Notes: generated by a model from the sequence alone, not told the origin. Shown: positions 43,521 through 53,431, numbered from the stretch's first letter. The stretch: DNA of 64,000 nucleotides from Xenococcaceae cyanobacterium (GCA_051439465.1 JBFRWF010000273.1:46666-110665); one strand, 5' to 3'. Translations and numbers: made by a program.

Positions 43521-44360
43521 TTAGGAGTGCTGATGACTGATGGCTTGTTTTTCTTCTAGGTCGGTTGAGGGGACTTCCGGTTGTTTTGTAGGAAGAAGCT
43601 CGGCAGGGGAAGGGCGATATATTTCAAAGGCAATCTTAGCAAGTTCGATAATCACTGATAGCTCTACTCCAGCAAGTTTAGCGGCTGAGGCTAGGGTGGT
43701 TTCTTGGTTGCGTGCAATAGCGATAAATTCTCGCACGTTAAACACCACCGGATCGTCGGCGGTTGTATAGCCTTTTTGGATTGCTACTTGTAGTCCTGTT
43801 TCTACATCATCGAGGGAGGCACTGCGACCTTGACCAATGTTAATGACTGGAGAAATGGCAATTCCTGGAACAATCTGGACTCCTAAATGGGTGGGAGTGC
43901 CGACGCTGTGAAGAATCTGAAAGTTGTAGAGGCGTTGTGTTCTTTCTGGGTCAATGGTTTTGACCACTAAGTTGGTAATCGGCGCTGTGGTAGCACCGGG
44001 GAACGCCAGGGGTTGAATCGGTCGCAAGAATATGGTTTTAGCCGTTCCACTGTTTAATTCGGTGTCGGTGTTAAAAACCACTCTAGAGGCATCGCCGAGA
44101 CCGATGTAGGTAATGATTTCGTTGGTTTGGGAAAAGTCGATAGCAGTGGCACGCCCTGGATAGACCTCAACATCGATAGCCATTTGAGAGCCAATGCCAC
44201 GGTTAACTCTTTGATAGCTGAGATTGGTCAGTTGAGGTGTGAAGGTGGGGGTAATCTGTTGACCAAAAGCAGGGTTGATGTGAGTAATAGCCGCGAGCGC
44301 TGCTATGGTTGTGCCGAAGAGGAAGTGTTTGACGGTCTTTTGAAGAAAGTCGGGGGTCAT
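43521..44360 (-). CDS. VirB9/TrbG/CagX-like T4SS outer-membrane-complex protein
   Basis: Signal peptide (TTIAALAAITHINPAFG). The segment VEVYPGRATAIDFSQTNEIITYIGLGDASRVVF...IFLRPI...ITNLVVKTIDPERTQRLYNFQIL follows the VirB9 N-domain pattern (t.I.F...E.I..v..GD...w.v....l.vKP....TNL.V.T..R.Y.F.L). Confidence 0.65.
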   Translation of the reverse strand: MTPDFLQKTVKHFLFGTTIAALAAITHINPAFGQQITPTFTPQLTNLSYQRVNRGIGSQMAIDVEVYPGRATAIDFSQTNEIITYIGLGDASRVVFNTDTELNSGTAKTIFLRPIQPLAFPGATTAPITNLVVKTIDPERTQRLYNFQILHSVGTPTHLGVQIVPGIAISPVINIGQGRSASLDDVETGLQVAIQKGYTTADDPVVFNVREFIAIARNQETTLASAAKLAGVELSVIIELAKIAFEIYRPSPAELLPTKQPEVPSTDLEEKQAISHQHS

Positions 44361-44365
44361 GATGG

Positions 44366-45874
44366 TTATTGAGAAATGCGAACAAAGCCATTGATGGTAA
44401 TTGAGGTTTCAGTACCAACGGGGACAATGGCAACGTTAGGACGACTTAATAGTTGTTTGATTTGTTGGTCTGAGCGGTTTGAGATTCTCTGGGCTAAAGG
44501 ATTGAAAAAGCCATCCAGGACAGCCGACCAAATTTGAGGTTCTCGGCTGCGGATAACGGTAGAGCTGGAGGAGCCGCCGAAGGTACTGTTGGAAAAGGTT
44601 GAGGTTTGTTCGGGTTCAGTAAATACTTCACCGACCCGTCCGATGCCTGAAAGTACGCTAACCAGTAAGTCTTGGGAGGCAATGTCTGGACCAGAGTCAA
44701 AGTAGTCTTGGGCAATTAGGGGTTGTCCGTCTTTGCCTTGGATTAAAATTGTGCCGGGGGGAATTGCCTCTTGCTGGATTTCACCTTGACGATTGGGATA
44801 GACAAGGGCGATCGCTGTTGCTTGTACCAGGCGATTCCTTTCACCGACTATATTCGTTTCGGCAATGAGTACTGTCCCTGCTCTTAAGGCGACTGAACCA
44901 TCGGTGGCAGGAACATCAGCAGTTAGGGTGACCGCAAAGCGATTGTAGAGTTGTTCGCCGCTTCCAGAGTCCCAAATTAGGGGAACGGAAACCCGACTGG
45001 GTGCTGATGTGCCGAAGGCGATTTCTTTTTTGGTGTCGGTGGTTTGTTGTACTCTGGTACGATTTAAAATCCCTCTTGCACCTCTACTCAGTCGGTTAGG
45101 GGAATCGCTTTCATAACCAATATTGATGACAGGGATTGTCAGGGGTGTTGGTTGTAGTTGAGGGGTAGGTGTTGGTGAGGGGTTATCGGTGTTGGAAGTT
45201 TCTGCTTCCGTTTCTTCGATATCTGCTTTACCTCTGGTTTGACCTAATGCTGCCAGTTGACTCCATTGTTCAAAAGGGTCAACTTTTTCTACTTTTTCAA
45301 CAGGGGTAGAAGGAGTGGTGATAACAGGACGTGGTGCTTGTCGCACTGTGGTAGGGGGAGGAGAAGGATTGGAGGTTCTGGCTGGTCTGGGTGTTGGTTG
45401 TTTAGCTTCTGGTGCTTCTGGTTTTTCTGGCTCTTTTGGTTCTGGTCGTTTGGTGGTCCGAATAACTTCTGGCTGGTTTCTTCTTTGCTGATCTTGGAGT
45501 GCTAACTTAGCGCGAAAATCAGGCTTTTCTTCAGGGATTACCGGGTTTGGTTCAGGTGTAGGTTTTTCTGCTACTTGTTTTATTGGTTTAGGCTGAATCA
45601 TGAACCAGATTCCTAGTGCCAGTAGCATTAATCCTCCGGTTATAAACAGTACCGTGCCTGCTCTAAGCGTCCCTCGTTCTGAAGCAGGTTTCGGTTCGGG
45701 TTGCTCATAGTCTTGGACTATTTGGTATTCTTGGTCGAGTAGAAGTGGAGCGTCAGGGTTGTAGCCAGCGATTTCATTTTCTTCGATTGAGTCAAGGTTT
45801 TGTTGGGCACTTTCACGCTCATTAATGTGACCGTTAGCTTCGGTCGTGTCTGGTGTGATGGTAAGTTCTTCCAT
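44366..45874 (-). CDS. VirB10/TrbI-like T4SS protein
   Basis: Cytoplasmic N-terminus, one TM helix (VLFITGGLMLLALGIWFMI), a long Pro-rich linker (PEPKEPEKPEAPEAKQPTPRP), and a C-terminal beta-rich domain with AGTVLIAETNIVG...IPPGTILIQGKDGQPL. Confidence 0.6.
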   Translation of the reverse strand: MEELTITPDTTEANGHINERESAQQNLDSIEENEIAGYNPDAPLLLDQEYQIVQDYEQPEPKPASERGTLRAGTVLFITGGLMLLALGIWFMIQPKPIKQVAEKPTPEPNPVIPEEKPDFRAKLALQDQQRRNQPEVIRTTKRPEPKEPEKPEAPEAKQPTPRPARTSNPSPPPTTVRQAPRPVITTPSTPVEKVEKVDPFEQWSQLAALGQTRGKADIEETEAETSNTDNPSPTPTPQLQPTPLTIPVINIGYESDSPNRLSRGARGILNRTRVQQTTDTKKEIAFGTSAPSRVSVPLIWDSGSGEQLYNRFAVTLTADVPATDGSVALRAGTVLIAETNIVGERNRLVQATAIALVYPNRQGEIQQEAIPPGTILIQGKDGQPLIAQDYFDSGPDIASQDLLVSVLSGIGRVGEVFTEPEQTSTFSNSTFGGSSSSTVIRSREPQIWSAVLDGFFNPLAQRISNRSDQQIKQLLSRPNVAIVPVGTETSITINGFVRISQ

Positions 45875-45932
45875 GTTGTTTCTTGACGCTATTTAAATTT
45901 TGTCTGGGAAAATACCGAATTCAGAATTCGGT

Positions 45933-46646
45933 TTATTGGTTAGGGTCGAAATCAACAATAGATTGAATTTCTAATCCAGATATTCTCATTTGTTCAATTA
46001 CTTTTTCTACTTTATTGGCATCATCTTCTAGAGTTGATATGGGAACTTCAACCGCTTTGATGGTGAAGGTTTTATTGAAGTTAATTCTTTCTTCCCCTTT
46101 GTCGGTATCGAGCATAATTCGGGTGGCAATTACGTCTATTTCCCAAGTTGTTGGGCTAGTTTGTCTGGGTTCTGAGTAGTATTCAACATAGACGGCGGAT
46201 TCTAAGCGACCTGCGAAGACTTCACTAGGGACGAGTTTAGCTAGCTCTTTGAGGAAGGATTTGCCAAATTCAGCCTTCATTGCTAAAGAAGCTGCCCAGG
46301 CATTGACAGGAACTCTGCCGCCATCTTCGAGTTTAATTCCTGGATCTGGTGCTTCGGTTCCAGAGATTTTGCCATTCCAACTGAAGGTTAAACTGAGCCA
46401 ACTTCCAACAAAATTTTTGATGATTTTGGGTTCTCGATAATTGCCGTCTCTTTCTTCAATTCGCCTAGATGTGCCGTCAGCTAATTGCACAAATGTTACT
46501 TTTCTTTGAGAGAGATTTTTATTGCTAAATGACTGTTGGAGAAAGGCAAGGCTGAGGAGAAAAAAAGCCAAGGCGAGTCCTAATTGTCCGATAACTATTT
46601 TATTTTTTGTTTCTGGGATAATTTCTTTGGGTGTTTTCAGGTTCAT
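45933..46646 (-). CDS. VirB8-like bitopic T4SS protein (tentative)
   Basis: Single N-terminal TM helix (IVIGQLGLALAFFLLSLAFL) plus a ~190-aa periplasmic domain. Size and position fit VirB8. No strict motif. Confidence 0.45.
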   Translation of the reverse strand: MNLKTPKEIIPETKNKIVIGQLGLALAFFLLSLAFLQQSFSNKNLSQRKVTFVQLADGTSRRIEERDGNYREPKIIKNFVGSWLSLTFSWNGKISGTEAPDPGIKLEDGGRVPVNAWAASLAMKAEFGKSFLKELAKLVPSEVFAGRLESAVYVEYYSEPRQTSPTTWEIDVIATRIMLDTDKGEERINFNKTFTIKAVEVPISTLEDDANKVEKVIEQMRISGLEIQSIVDFDPNQ

Positions 46647-46668
46647 GGCTTTTCACAAAAGTCAGAAT

Positions 46669-47748
46669 TCAGATGAATTTACTGGCTGCTAAAACTGCGC
46701 TACTCAAAATGTCGGTCAGTTGTTTAGTGCTTGAAGAGATGCCTCTATACAGAGCGATTCCACCGCCTCCGGCGATTAAAGTTGCCAAGATGGGGGCAAA
46801 TACGGCTAGGAAAAAGAGGAAGGCGACATCGGTAATTAACTCAGCATTGGAGTTGACAATTACTACTGCGGTTAATCCCACCACAATGTTGTAGCCAAGC
46901 TGTAATCCGAATAGGGAGATAAATCCAGTCAACCAGGCAAAGATGGGTCGTCCTTGTAGCGGGAGTAAGGACAGTCCCATAGCGATTGGGGCAAAGGCGG
47001 CTGTTAGTAGGAGTGCAGCTTCGAGGATGTTGACAAATGCCCACTGTATGGCTCTGAGAATGAACCGGATGATGGGGAGAGCAATATTTCTAAAGACTTC
47101 TACACCAAATTCACCACTGACAATACTTTTAATGTTGGTTGCGTCTAATAAGGATTGACCGAATCTGCGCAGGGTTTCTAGAGGTCCTCCGTTTTGTGCT
47201 TCGGCTTCATCAATGATGGCTAAGGCTTGCTCTTTTTTGTCATTCCAGCAGTCAATTAGTTCTTGTCCTCTTTCGCCAAGACATTCGCTGTACAAAGTTT
47301 CAAGTTGTTCTTTGGCGGCACTGCTAATAGTAATGTCGCTGATGGCGGTTCTGAAGGTGAACTCTCCCATTTGAATTTCTGTAACTCCTTGGACTTGAGC
47401 GTAGCCAACAGAGCGTATGAACTTCACGCTCTCAGCTAATACAGCGCCATTACCACCGAGGAAAATAACTATGACGATGGGCCAGATAAACATTGATACC
47501 AGTTTTGACCAGGAGCGGTTTTCTATGGCATCTTTCCCTTCAGTTGCTGCCAGGTAGAGAACAGATATTCCTGCTAGTATCAGTCCAAGTCTAACTAGAG
47601 CCAGCCATAGACCTGATTCAGAGTATCTGAGTAGGGTAGTCCAGAGTGCATTCCAAGACTGTACAGTATTTTCGGACAATTCGATGGCATCTCTGAGTGT
47701 GTCTAGTGCCTGTCCTGATGTGTTGGTTGCTGCTTGTGCGAGTAGCAT
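46669..47748 (-). CDS. VirB6/TrbL-like polytopic inner-membrane T4SS protein
   Basis: 359 aa with at least 6 predicted TM helices and a central loop, located between the VirB4-like and VirB8-like genes. Confidence 0.55.
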   Translation of the reverse strand: MLLAQAATNTSGQALDTLRDAIELSENTVQSWNALWTTLLRYSESGLWLALVRLGLILAGISVLYLAATEGKDAIENRSWSKLVSMFIWPIVIVIFLGGNGAVLAESVKFIRSVGYAQVQGVTEIQMGEFTFRTAISDITISSAAKEQLETLYSECLGERGQELIDCWNDKKEQALAIIDEAEAQNGGPLETLRRFGQSLLDATNIKSIVSGEFGVEVFRNIALPIIRFILRAIQWAFVNILEAALLLTAAFAPIAMGLSLLPLQGRPIFAWLTGFISLFGLQLGYNIVVGLTAVVIVNSNAELITDVAFLFFLAVFAPILATLIAGGGGIALYRGISSSTKQLTDILSSAVLAASKFI

Positions 47749-47753
47749 TTGTT

Positions 47754-47802
47754 AGGAGGTGGTAGGTGGTAGGTATTGGGTGATAGGTGGTAGGTGGCAG
47801 GA
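47754..47802. repeat. Heptameric STRR-like repeat (GGTAGGT-type, ~7 units) inside the T4SS gene array
   Basis: GGAGGTG GTAGGTG GTAGGTA TTGGGTG ATAGGTG GTAGGTG GCAGGAG, read directly. It is intergenic between the 270-aa gene and the VirB6-like gene. Confidence 0.75.
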
Positions 47803-47827
47803 GTCGAAATTTCCTAACACCTAAGAC

Positions 47828-48640
47828 CTAAAAGTTGTCAAACAATTCTTCTGGAGAAACGCCTTCTGAGTTATTGTTTTCGCCGACTGAACCTAGTGTC
47901 ATACCTCCAGGCATTTGCAACAGTCCTGCTTGGGTTGTGGAAGCTCTTCCTGCTGCGGCGTTTTCACGACGTTGAGCGGTGTTTTCTTCAGACAGTTCTT
48001 CAGCTTGCTGGGCGTTGAGGAGATTGGCTAAGGCCCGATCTACCTGAGCCTGTTGGTTTTGTTGAATGATTGTGCCTTGTCTTTCTGCATTTAATGCTGC
48101 CTGCCTGGACAGGTTTTGCATAATCTGTTGCGTTACATCTAAGTTCTGGGATTCTTCTCCTAGCTGTACGCTTTCTATAACGTTGGCTTCAACTGCCTTG
48201 GCTGTAGTTTTCAGAGTTGTTTGTGCTTCTGGGCTGAGGGTGGCATCGTTAGCGATTTGAGTGGCTACGTCTTGTTCAGTTTTTTCTGCTAAATCTTCTT
48301 GGATGCTATAGGAATCTCCGGGTTTATTTTCTAGGATTCCAGAAAGTTCAGCTCCATTTTCATTGGTATTTTGCCCATTCCCAAAAATGTCGCTGAAAAT
48401 TTGGCCTAAATCTGGTATTTCAAGGTATTTTACAAAGGAGTTAAGCATTTCTTTGAGAGAATTCAAGAGATTGACCCCCTCTCCTTGAATTTGCTCGACT
48501 GTGCTTTCTATTGTCGTCTCTTGCTGATTTGATTGGTCTTGGTTTTGAGCTTGGGCAGGATTGGCTATTAACCCGATTAACAATATAGTTGCTGCCCAAA
48601 TTTTTGCCAGATTTTTTTGAGGTTTTAGCAGGTTTTTCAT
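47828..48640 (-). CDS. Secreted Gln/Asn/Glu-rich protein (possible VirB5-like minor pilus or periplasmic component)
   Basis: Signal peptide MKNLLKPQKNLAKIWAATILLIGLIANPAQA. 4-nt overlap with the upstream VirB4-like gene. Confidence 0.55.
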   Translation of the reverse strand: MKNLLKPQKNLAKIWAATILLIGLIANPAQAQNQDQSNQQETTIESTVEQIQGEGVNLLNSLKEMLNSFVKYLEIPDLGQIFSDIFGNGQNTNENGAELSGILENKPGDSYSIQEDLAEKTEQDVATQIANDATLSPEAQTTLKTTAKAVEANVIESVQLGEESQNLDVTQQIMQNLSRQAALNAERQGTIIQQNQQAQVDRALANLLNAQQAEELSEENTAQRRENAAAGRASTTQAGLLQMPGGMTLGSVGENNNSEGVSPEELFDNF

Positions 48641-51600
48641 GGGGTTACTCCTGTTTGAAAAATAAGGTTATCTGTTTTGGTCGGTGCAAGTTTTCTTGAA
48701 CTTGGCTGCTTTCTGCCTATTTTCTCTAAAGATTGCCCGTCTTTGATGGCTTTTACGTACTCCTCGGTAAACTGTTTTAGTGCTAGTAACTGACCTCGAA
48801 GAGTGTCAGGGTACTGAGCCATAATTCGTTCGCGAGCTTTTTGTTCAGCTTGATTGTTAGCCACAGTCGCTAATACCATTTCTCCTGGATAATAGCGACA
48901 TTGCCAAAATCTTCCACTTCGTTCAATCAGCCAATTGGAGTATAGTTCTGAAGAGCGAGGGAGGAAGTGTTCTGTGGAATTTTGGCTGATGATTTCCGGT
49001 AGGTATCCTAATCGTTTAACCCAGGAAGCTGCACCATTGGCGGTTAGTCGTCCTGTAATGCGGTAAACAGTATTCTGCATAATCTGCGCCCCAGCACTAC
49101 AGTCGCAAATACTGTCAATATCTTGAGCCAGCAAGAGTACGCCGATGCCGTTTTTTCTTCCGACGGCACAAAGTTCGCCAACCGCTTCGGCAAATCCGTT
49201 ACGCTTGAACAGGACGCTTAATTCATCTCCTACAAACAGGCTTCTAGGATGGGATAAGGCATTGCGAATGCAAGCAGCATGAGCGTTGATTGCCATTAGG
49301 TACTGGTCTTGTTCATTACTCAGTCCACTCAAGGCAAAAAATTTGATAGCTGGTTCTGGGGAAAATGTGCTAGGTCTGCCAATGGCTTTACCTAAGGATG
49401 AGGTTAGCAAAGCATTACATTTGCTGACAATTTGGTTAATAGCTATTCGGTCTATTTCTCCAAAGTTGCGCAGATTCAGTTGTTCTTTGGTGCAGAACTT
49501 TAGGAGGTCTTTTAGGGTAGGGATTTCCTGCCATTGGGGAGACTTCCATCCCTTTTCAAAGGCTGTATTATAGCGCTCGATAATGTCTGGGTCATTGAGA
49601 AAATTTTTCAGCGTCAAGAGGATGATACTGTCCACCCGCTGTGCTAGTTTTGGGTCGTTAATTTTGCCCATACTAATGCTGGTTAAAGCTTTACGAATGA
49701 ACTCTTTCCATTGCTCTAGGCGGGGGGCGCGGTCTTCTTTATCAAAACGTCTCAAATCGGGGGTTTCGAGTAAGTTTGAACTTCCTTTGGTAATGTCGTA
49801 GTATGCTCCTTTGTCCCCTAAAAGCTTGACTGCTGTTTCAAATGTGCTACCGTTTCCCGATGAAATATCCATGCCGACGACCGGGATATTGGCGGCTAGG
49901 GCATCGAGGACAAATCGCCAGCCAAGCACGCTTTTACCTGAGCCAGATTCTCCAGTAATAATTGCTCTGCTGGTCTGGTTGTGAATCAGGTCAATATAGA
50001 TGGGTTTGCCGCTTTGAGTTAGGAATTCAACTCCTCTTTGATCTAAATCGCGGGCTGCGGTTAGGGGTAGAATTCCAGAGGTGGTTTCAGTATCAAAAGT
50101 GAGGCGGCGTTCATTGATTAAAGAACTACTGTGGAGTAGCCAGCTAGTAGTAATTGGCAGACTCTCTAGCCAAATTGTCCAAGCAATGTTTCGTTCTCTG
50201 AGGACTTTAGCACTGCCGAAACTATTGGAGAGCATCATGCAAGCTAAGTCAAGCTTTTCAGAGGTCGGTCGATAGACGAAGAAGGTCACCGCTGCGTTAA
50301 TTGCCTTTGCACCTTTATATAGTTTTTTCTGGGCATCAAAGCTTTCTTCGGCTTTGACTTCTGCCCCAACATCTCGTCCCTGACCTTTAGTTAAGGCGCG
50401 CTGTCTGGCACTTTTGGACTGTTTTGCCTGTTTGGCTAGGTTGTCTTTGACGACAGTGTTGGGTGCAGCGCTAATTTCAACCACAGCTTCAGTGTCATAG
50501 ACATGGGTTTTACTCATGATTGTCCACAGCCACTTGAGCTGTTCGCGGGTGTTAATCCAGGCTTCTGGCTTTTCCTCCATTGTCAGCACGGCACATTTTT
50601 GTCTTTTTCCGGGGAGCAAGATAGAATCGTCAGTGCCGTGATGTTCTGGGCAGGATGAGCGACCTTTAAAGCCTTCGATTAAGACTGTGCAAGCGTGTTT
50701 TTCGCTCGTTTTATCGATTTTCAAGTCATAGCCTGATGGGGTTTGGAGCAGTTGCATCAGTTGGGGAATGGGGGGTGCGGCGGTGGCATTGAATTTTTGC
50801 CAAATCCACTGCCAGAGTTCGTCAGCGCTACAAGGTTTGATTTCTAAGCCAATTTTGGTATTCAGTAGTAGTTCCCACCGGATATAGCCTTCTTCAAAGG
50901 ACTTCACCAGTAATTGTTGGTAAAATTGTTCTCTGTAAATCCGTTTATTGCCTGTAAACCATTCCATGAAGCTGTTTAAGGCTTCGCAGCCACCGTTAAT
51001 GATTTTGCTGAGGAAATCGTTAGACTTAGCGCCTGATTTGTCATTGAATGTCCAGGTGCAAAAGACGATCTGGTTCCAGACTTGACGAGTGCCATTGAGG
51101 GTTAGTTCTTGGATTCGTTTTTGTTCGTTTCTAATTAGCACTGAGATTGGTTTCAGGTGGCAGTTGTCGGCGAGTTGGGTGAGTTGTTGTTGGCGATCGC
51201 TATCGTTGCTGTAGCAGCCGGTGTGGAAGGTCATTTTTTCGCCAGGGAGGATGTCTTTGAGTCCTTCTTCTAAGGCGCTAGCTGCATTACTAATTTCATC
51301 GCGGTATAGGATATTGTGAAGACCTTGAGTTAGAAATCCGAATACTACTTGGTACTGATTTCCTTGATTGAGGAGGTAGCCGGAGACTGTACGTCCATCT
51401 TTTTGAATGTTGACTAGACAAATGAGGTCTTGGTAATTCTGAAAAGGCATGAATCGTTTTTTCTGACCTGTTTGTGTCTGTTTGATGACTGGTTTGAGTT
51501 TGACGGTGACATCGGAGTCTTTATAGCGAGTGCGAAGGGGTTGGGGTCTGAGTTCTGGAAGAGGAGAGAGGAAGAGGAGGTTGCCATTACACCATTCATG

Positions 51601-51858
51601 ACCGGGTGGATGCCTGAATTTGTCGATGAATTGGTGGGGCTTGGTTCCTGTTAATAACCACCAACTGACGATTAGCCAAAAGCTAACTATCAAGAAGCAA
51701 GGCATTCCGAGACTAAACAAGCCGTTGGTGACGATGTAGGACAGGATGACAATTATTCCCCAAGGAATAATTTGGTCGGCAGGGATAAATCCAATACTGG
51801 CTTGTTTTCCCAGGATTTTATTGACGTAAACTATGTCCTTATCTGGGTCTTTGAGCAT
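48637..51858 (-). CDS. virB4: VirB3-VirB4 fusion-type T4SS ATPase (TrbE/VirB4 family)
   Basis: Two N-terminal TM helices (VirB3-like), Walker A ITGESGSGKSV, Walker B LFVGDELSVLF. Length 1073 aa. Confidence 0.85.
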   Translation of the reverse strand: MLKDPDKDIVYVNKILGKQASIGFIPADQIIPWGIIVILSYIVTNGLFSLGMPCFLIVSFWLIVSWWLLTGTKPHQFIDKFRHPPGHEWCNGNLLFLSPLPELRPQPLRTRYKDSDVTVKLKPVIKQTQTGQKKRFMPFQNYQDLICLVNIQKDGRTVSGYLLNQGNQYQVVFGFLTQGLHNILYRDEISNAASALEEGLKDILPGEKMTFHTGCYSNDSDRQQQLTQLADNCHLKPISVLIRNEQKRIQELTLNGTRQVWNQIVFCTWTFNDKSGAKSNDFLSKIINGGCEALNSFMEWFTGNKRIYREQFYQQLLVKSFEEGYIRWELLLNTKIGLEIKPCSADELWQWIWQKFNATAAPPIPQLMQLLQTPSGYDLKIDKTSEKHACTVLIEGFKGRSSCPEHHGTDDSILLPGKRQKCAVLTMEEKPEAWINTREQLKWLWTIMSKTHVYDTEAVVEISAAPNTVVKDNLAKQAKQSKSARQRALTKGQGRDVGAEVKAEESFDAQKKLYKGAKAINAAVTFFVYRPTSEKLDLACMMLSNSFGSAKVLRERNIAWTIWLESLPITTSWLLHSSSLINERRLTFDTETTSGILPLTAARDLDQRGVEFLTQSGKPIYIDLIHNQTSRAIITGESGSGKSVLGWRFVLDALAANIPVVGMDISSGNGSTFETAVKLLGDKGAYYDITKGSSNLLETPDLRRFDKEDRAPRLEQWKEFIRKALTSISMGKINDPKLAQRVDSIILLTLKNFLNDPDIIERYNTAFEKGWKSPQWQEIPTLKDLLKFCTKEQLNLRNFGEIDRIAINQIVSKCNALLTSSLGKAIGRPSTFSPEPAIKFFALSGLSNEQDQYLMAINAHAACIRNALSHPRSLFVGDELSVLFKRNGFAEAVGELCAVGRKNGIGVLLLAQDIDSICDCSAGAQIMQNTVYRITGRLTANGAASWVKRLGYLPEIISQNSTEHFLPRSSELYSNWLIERSGRFWQCRYYPGEMVLATVANNQAEQKARERIMAQYPDTLRGQLLALKQFTEEYVKAIKDGQSLEKIGRKQPSSRKLAPTKTDNLIFQTGVTP

Positions 51859-51882
51859 GGCGTCACCTTGAATTTTTAGTCC

Positions 51883-52470
51883 TTAACCAACGAAGAGGAA
51901 GGTGACAATATCGATGGCAATGACCATGCCGAAGGCGAGTCCAACTTGTACGACAATGGGTCGCCAGTCATTCCCTTGTTGTGCTTGGTTATAAGCGAAA
52001 AGTGAGGCTGCTGCTACTAAGAGGAGAAATACCCCGCGAATTAAGTTGAAAATGAGAGTAATTATCTGGGGATCAATAGCTTGTCCTCCAGTGCCAACGG
52101 CTGCCTGTGCTAATTGTTTAAAGAATTCTTCTAGTTCTGAAAGAAAAATGGCTTGAGCAGGGGTTTCCCATACTGACAGAATTCCAGTCAAGGAAATAAT
52201 CACAGAGATAACGTGCCAAGAGCGAATTTTGCTGCCTCCTATACGCTCTAGAATCGGCACGGCTTGTGCAATCTGCCACAGACCGAAGAAAAAGATACTG
52301 AAGCAGCCTAAAGCGGCGATTAGGATAGGCTCAGTAACGGTGAAGTAAACTAGGGCCGCTAAACAAAATCCGAGGAAGGGAAGGTCAGTTTTTCTGATTT
52401 TGTATTTGGTAAAAATGCTGTTGGTATTTGAATGGTTGCGCTGGTGTTCTCTTTTCGGGGGAATCTTCAT
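51883..52470 (-). CDS. Membrane protein, C-terminal half VirB2/TrbC pilin-like (tentative)
   Basis: Four hydrophobic helices. The last two (ITLIFNLIRGVFLLLVAAASLFAY...IVVQVGLAFGMVIAIDIVTFLF) form the hairpin typical of T4SS pilins. It is the first gene of the T4SS block. Confidence 0.45.
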   Translation of the reverse strand: MKIPPKREHQRNHSNTNSIFTKYKIRKTDLPFLGFCLAALVYFTVTEPILIAALGCFSIFFFGLWQIAQAVPILERIGGSKIRSWHVISVIISLTGILSVWETPAQAIFLSELEEFFKQLAQAAVGTGGQAIDPQIITLIFNLIRGVFLLLVAAASLFAYNQAQQGNDWRPIVVQVGLAFGMVIAIDIVTFLFVG

Positions 52471-52662
52471 TTTGAGGTCACTCAGTTCAATGCACCAAAT
52501 CTAATTTGAGTGACCTGGTAAAAACTTCATACGAAGTGGTAGTTGCGATAGTTAGGTCGGATCGATCCGTTTGGATTAATGTCCTAGACAAGATGAGGCT
52601 GGCGATTGCTATCATTCCAATCGAGATCGCTTTTCCGTTGGAAAATGCAAGCGTCACTCAGT

Positions 52663-53043
52663 TCAATCTTCTCCTAAAGTCAGCCAATCGGCTTTCCTGT
52701 CCACCACTAACCGCCGTGTTTCTAGCCACTGTAACCCTATCAAAACATCGGTGACTTGTTTCCCTCCTAAGACGGGAATCGTCAACTCTTGACCATCCCA
52801 AACAACAGTTCCTTCATAGAGATTAAACTGTGCATCTCCTCGTGCTGTATACATTTCCCGTTTCCCGACAATTGACCAGCCCAAACTCTCTACATCTTGG
52901 GCATCCATTGCCAGCCAGTCAGTAAACCCAGTATCTAGCAGTGCATTAATTGTAATTACATCTCTATCAGCTGCTATCAAATCAATCTCAAAATATAGTT
53001 CACCTTTATTGCCAAAAAAGCCTTGCATCATATTCTGCCGCAA
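52663..53043 (-). CDS. Retropepsin-like (clan AA) aspartic protease
   Basis: INALLDTGFTDWLAMD contains the D-T-G active-site motif. Size of 126 aa is typical. Confidence 0.75.
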   Translation of the reverse strand: MRQNMMQGFFGNKGELYFEIDLIAADRDVITINALLDTGFTDWLAMDAQDVESLGWSIVGKREMYTARGDAQFNLYEGTVVWDGQELTIPVLGGKQVTDVLIGLQWLETRRLVVDRKADWLTLGED

Positions 53044-53348
53044 GCCCCCGTTTCATTTAGGCGCATTGCTAGTAGCTGTGGTGTCGGGTATTTCACTTTG
53101 GCTTTTTGGAAGGCAACTTTTTCATCAGGGTCAATGAAATAGTCTCCACTATCAGGCTCAATCACAATGAACCAGTCGTAATGAGCGGGGACTAATTCTG
53201 GGTAAACTCGGTCGAAAATTACCCGACAACGCTGGGCAAATGCTTTATCGGATACCTCAAGTCTGGCTAGTTCTTCAGAAGAAAGGCGAGGTCTATCAGG
53301 GAATATCGGGCTGCCAAGAGGCACTTTTCTCCGGATTTTTTGGGTCAT
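53028..53348 (-). CDS. Hypothetical protein paired with the aspartic protease
   Basis: 106-aa ORF overlapping the protease gene by 16 nt. From memory, this two-gene cassette recurs in cyanobacteria. Confidence 0.55.
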   Translation of the reverse strand: MTQKIRRKVPLGSPIFPDRPRLSSEELARLEVSDKAFAQRCRVIFDRVYPELVPAHYDWFIVIEPDSGDYFIDPDEKVAFQKAKVKYPTPQLLAMRLNETGACGRI

Positions 53349-53431
53349 TTTTACAAGTTTACGAGCGGTCTCGACATGATTCTAACCGCTCGCGCAGAGC
53401 CCTGCGCGAGCGCAAAGCAGGATGGGCAAAC

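Noticed and set aside
45257-45505. 82-aa ORF with WFFWLFWFW
   Set aside because: It is antisense to the Pro/Glu/Lys-rich linker of the VirB10-like gene, a codon-complement artefact.
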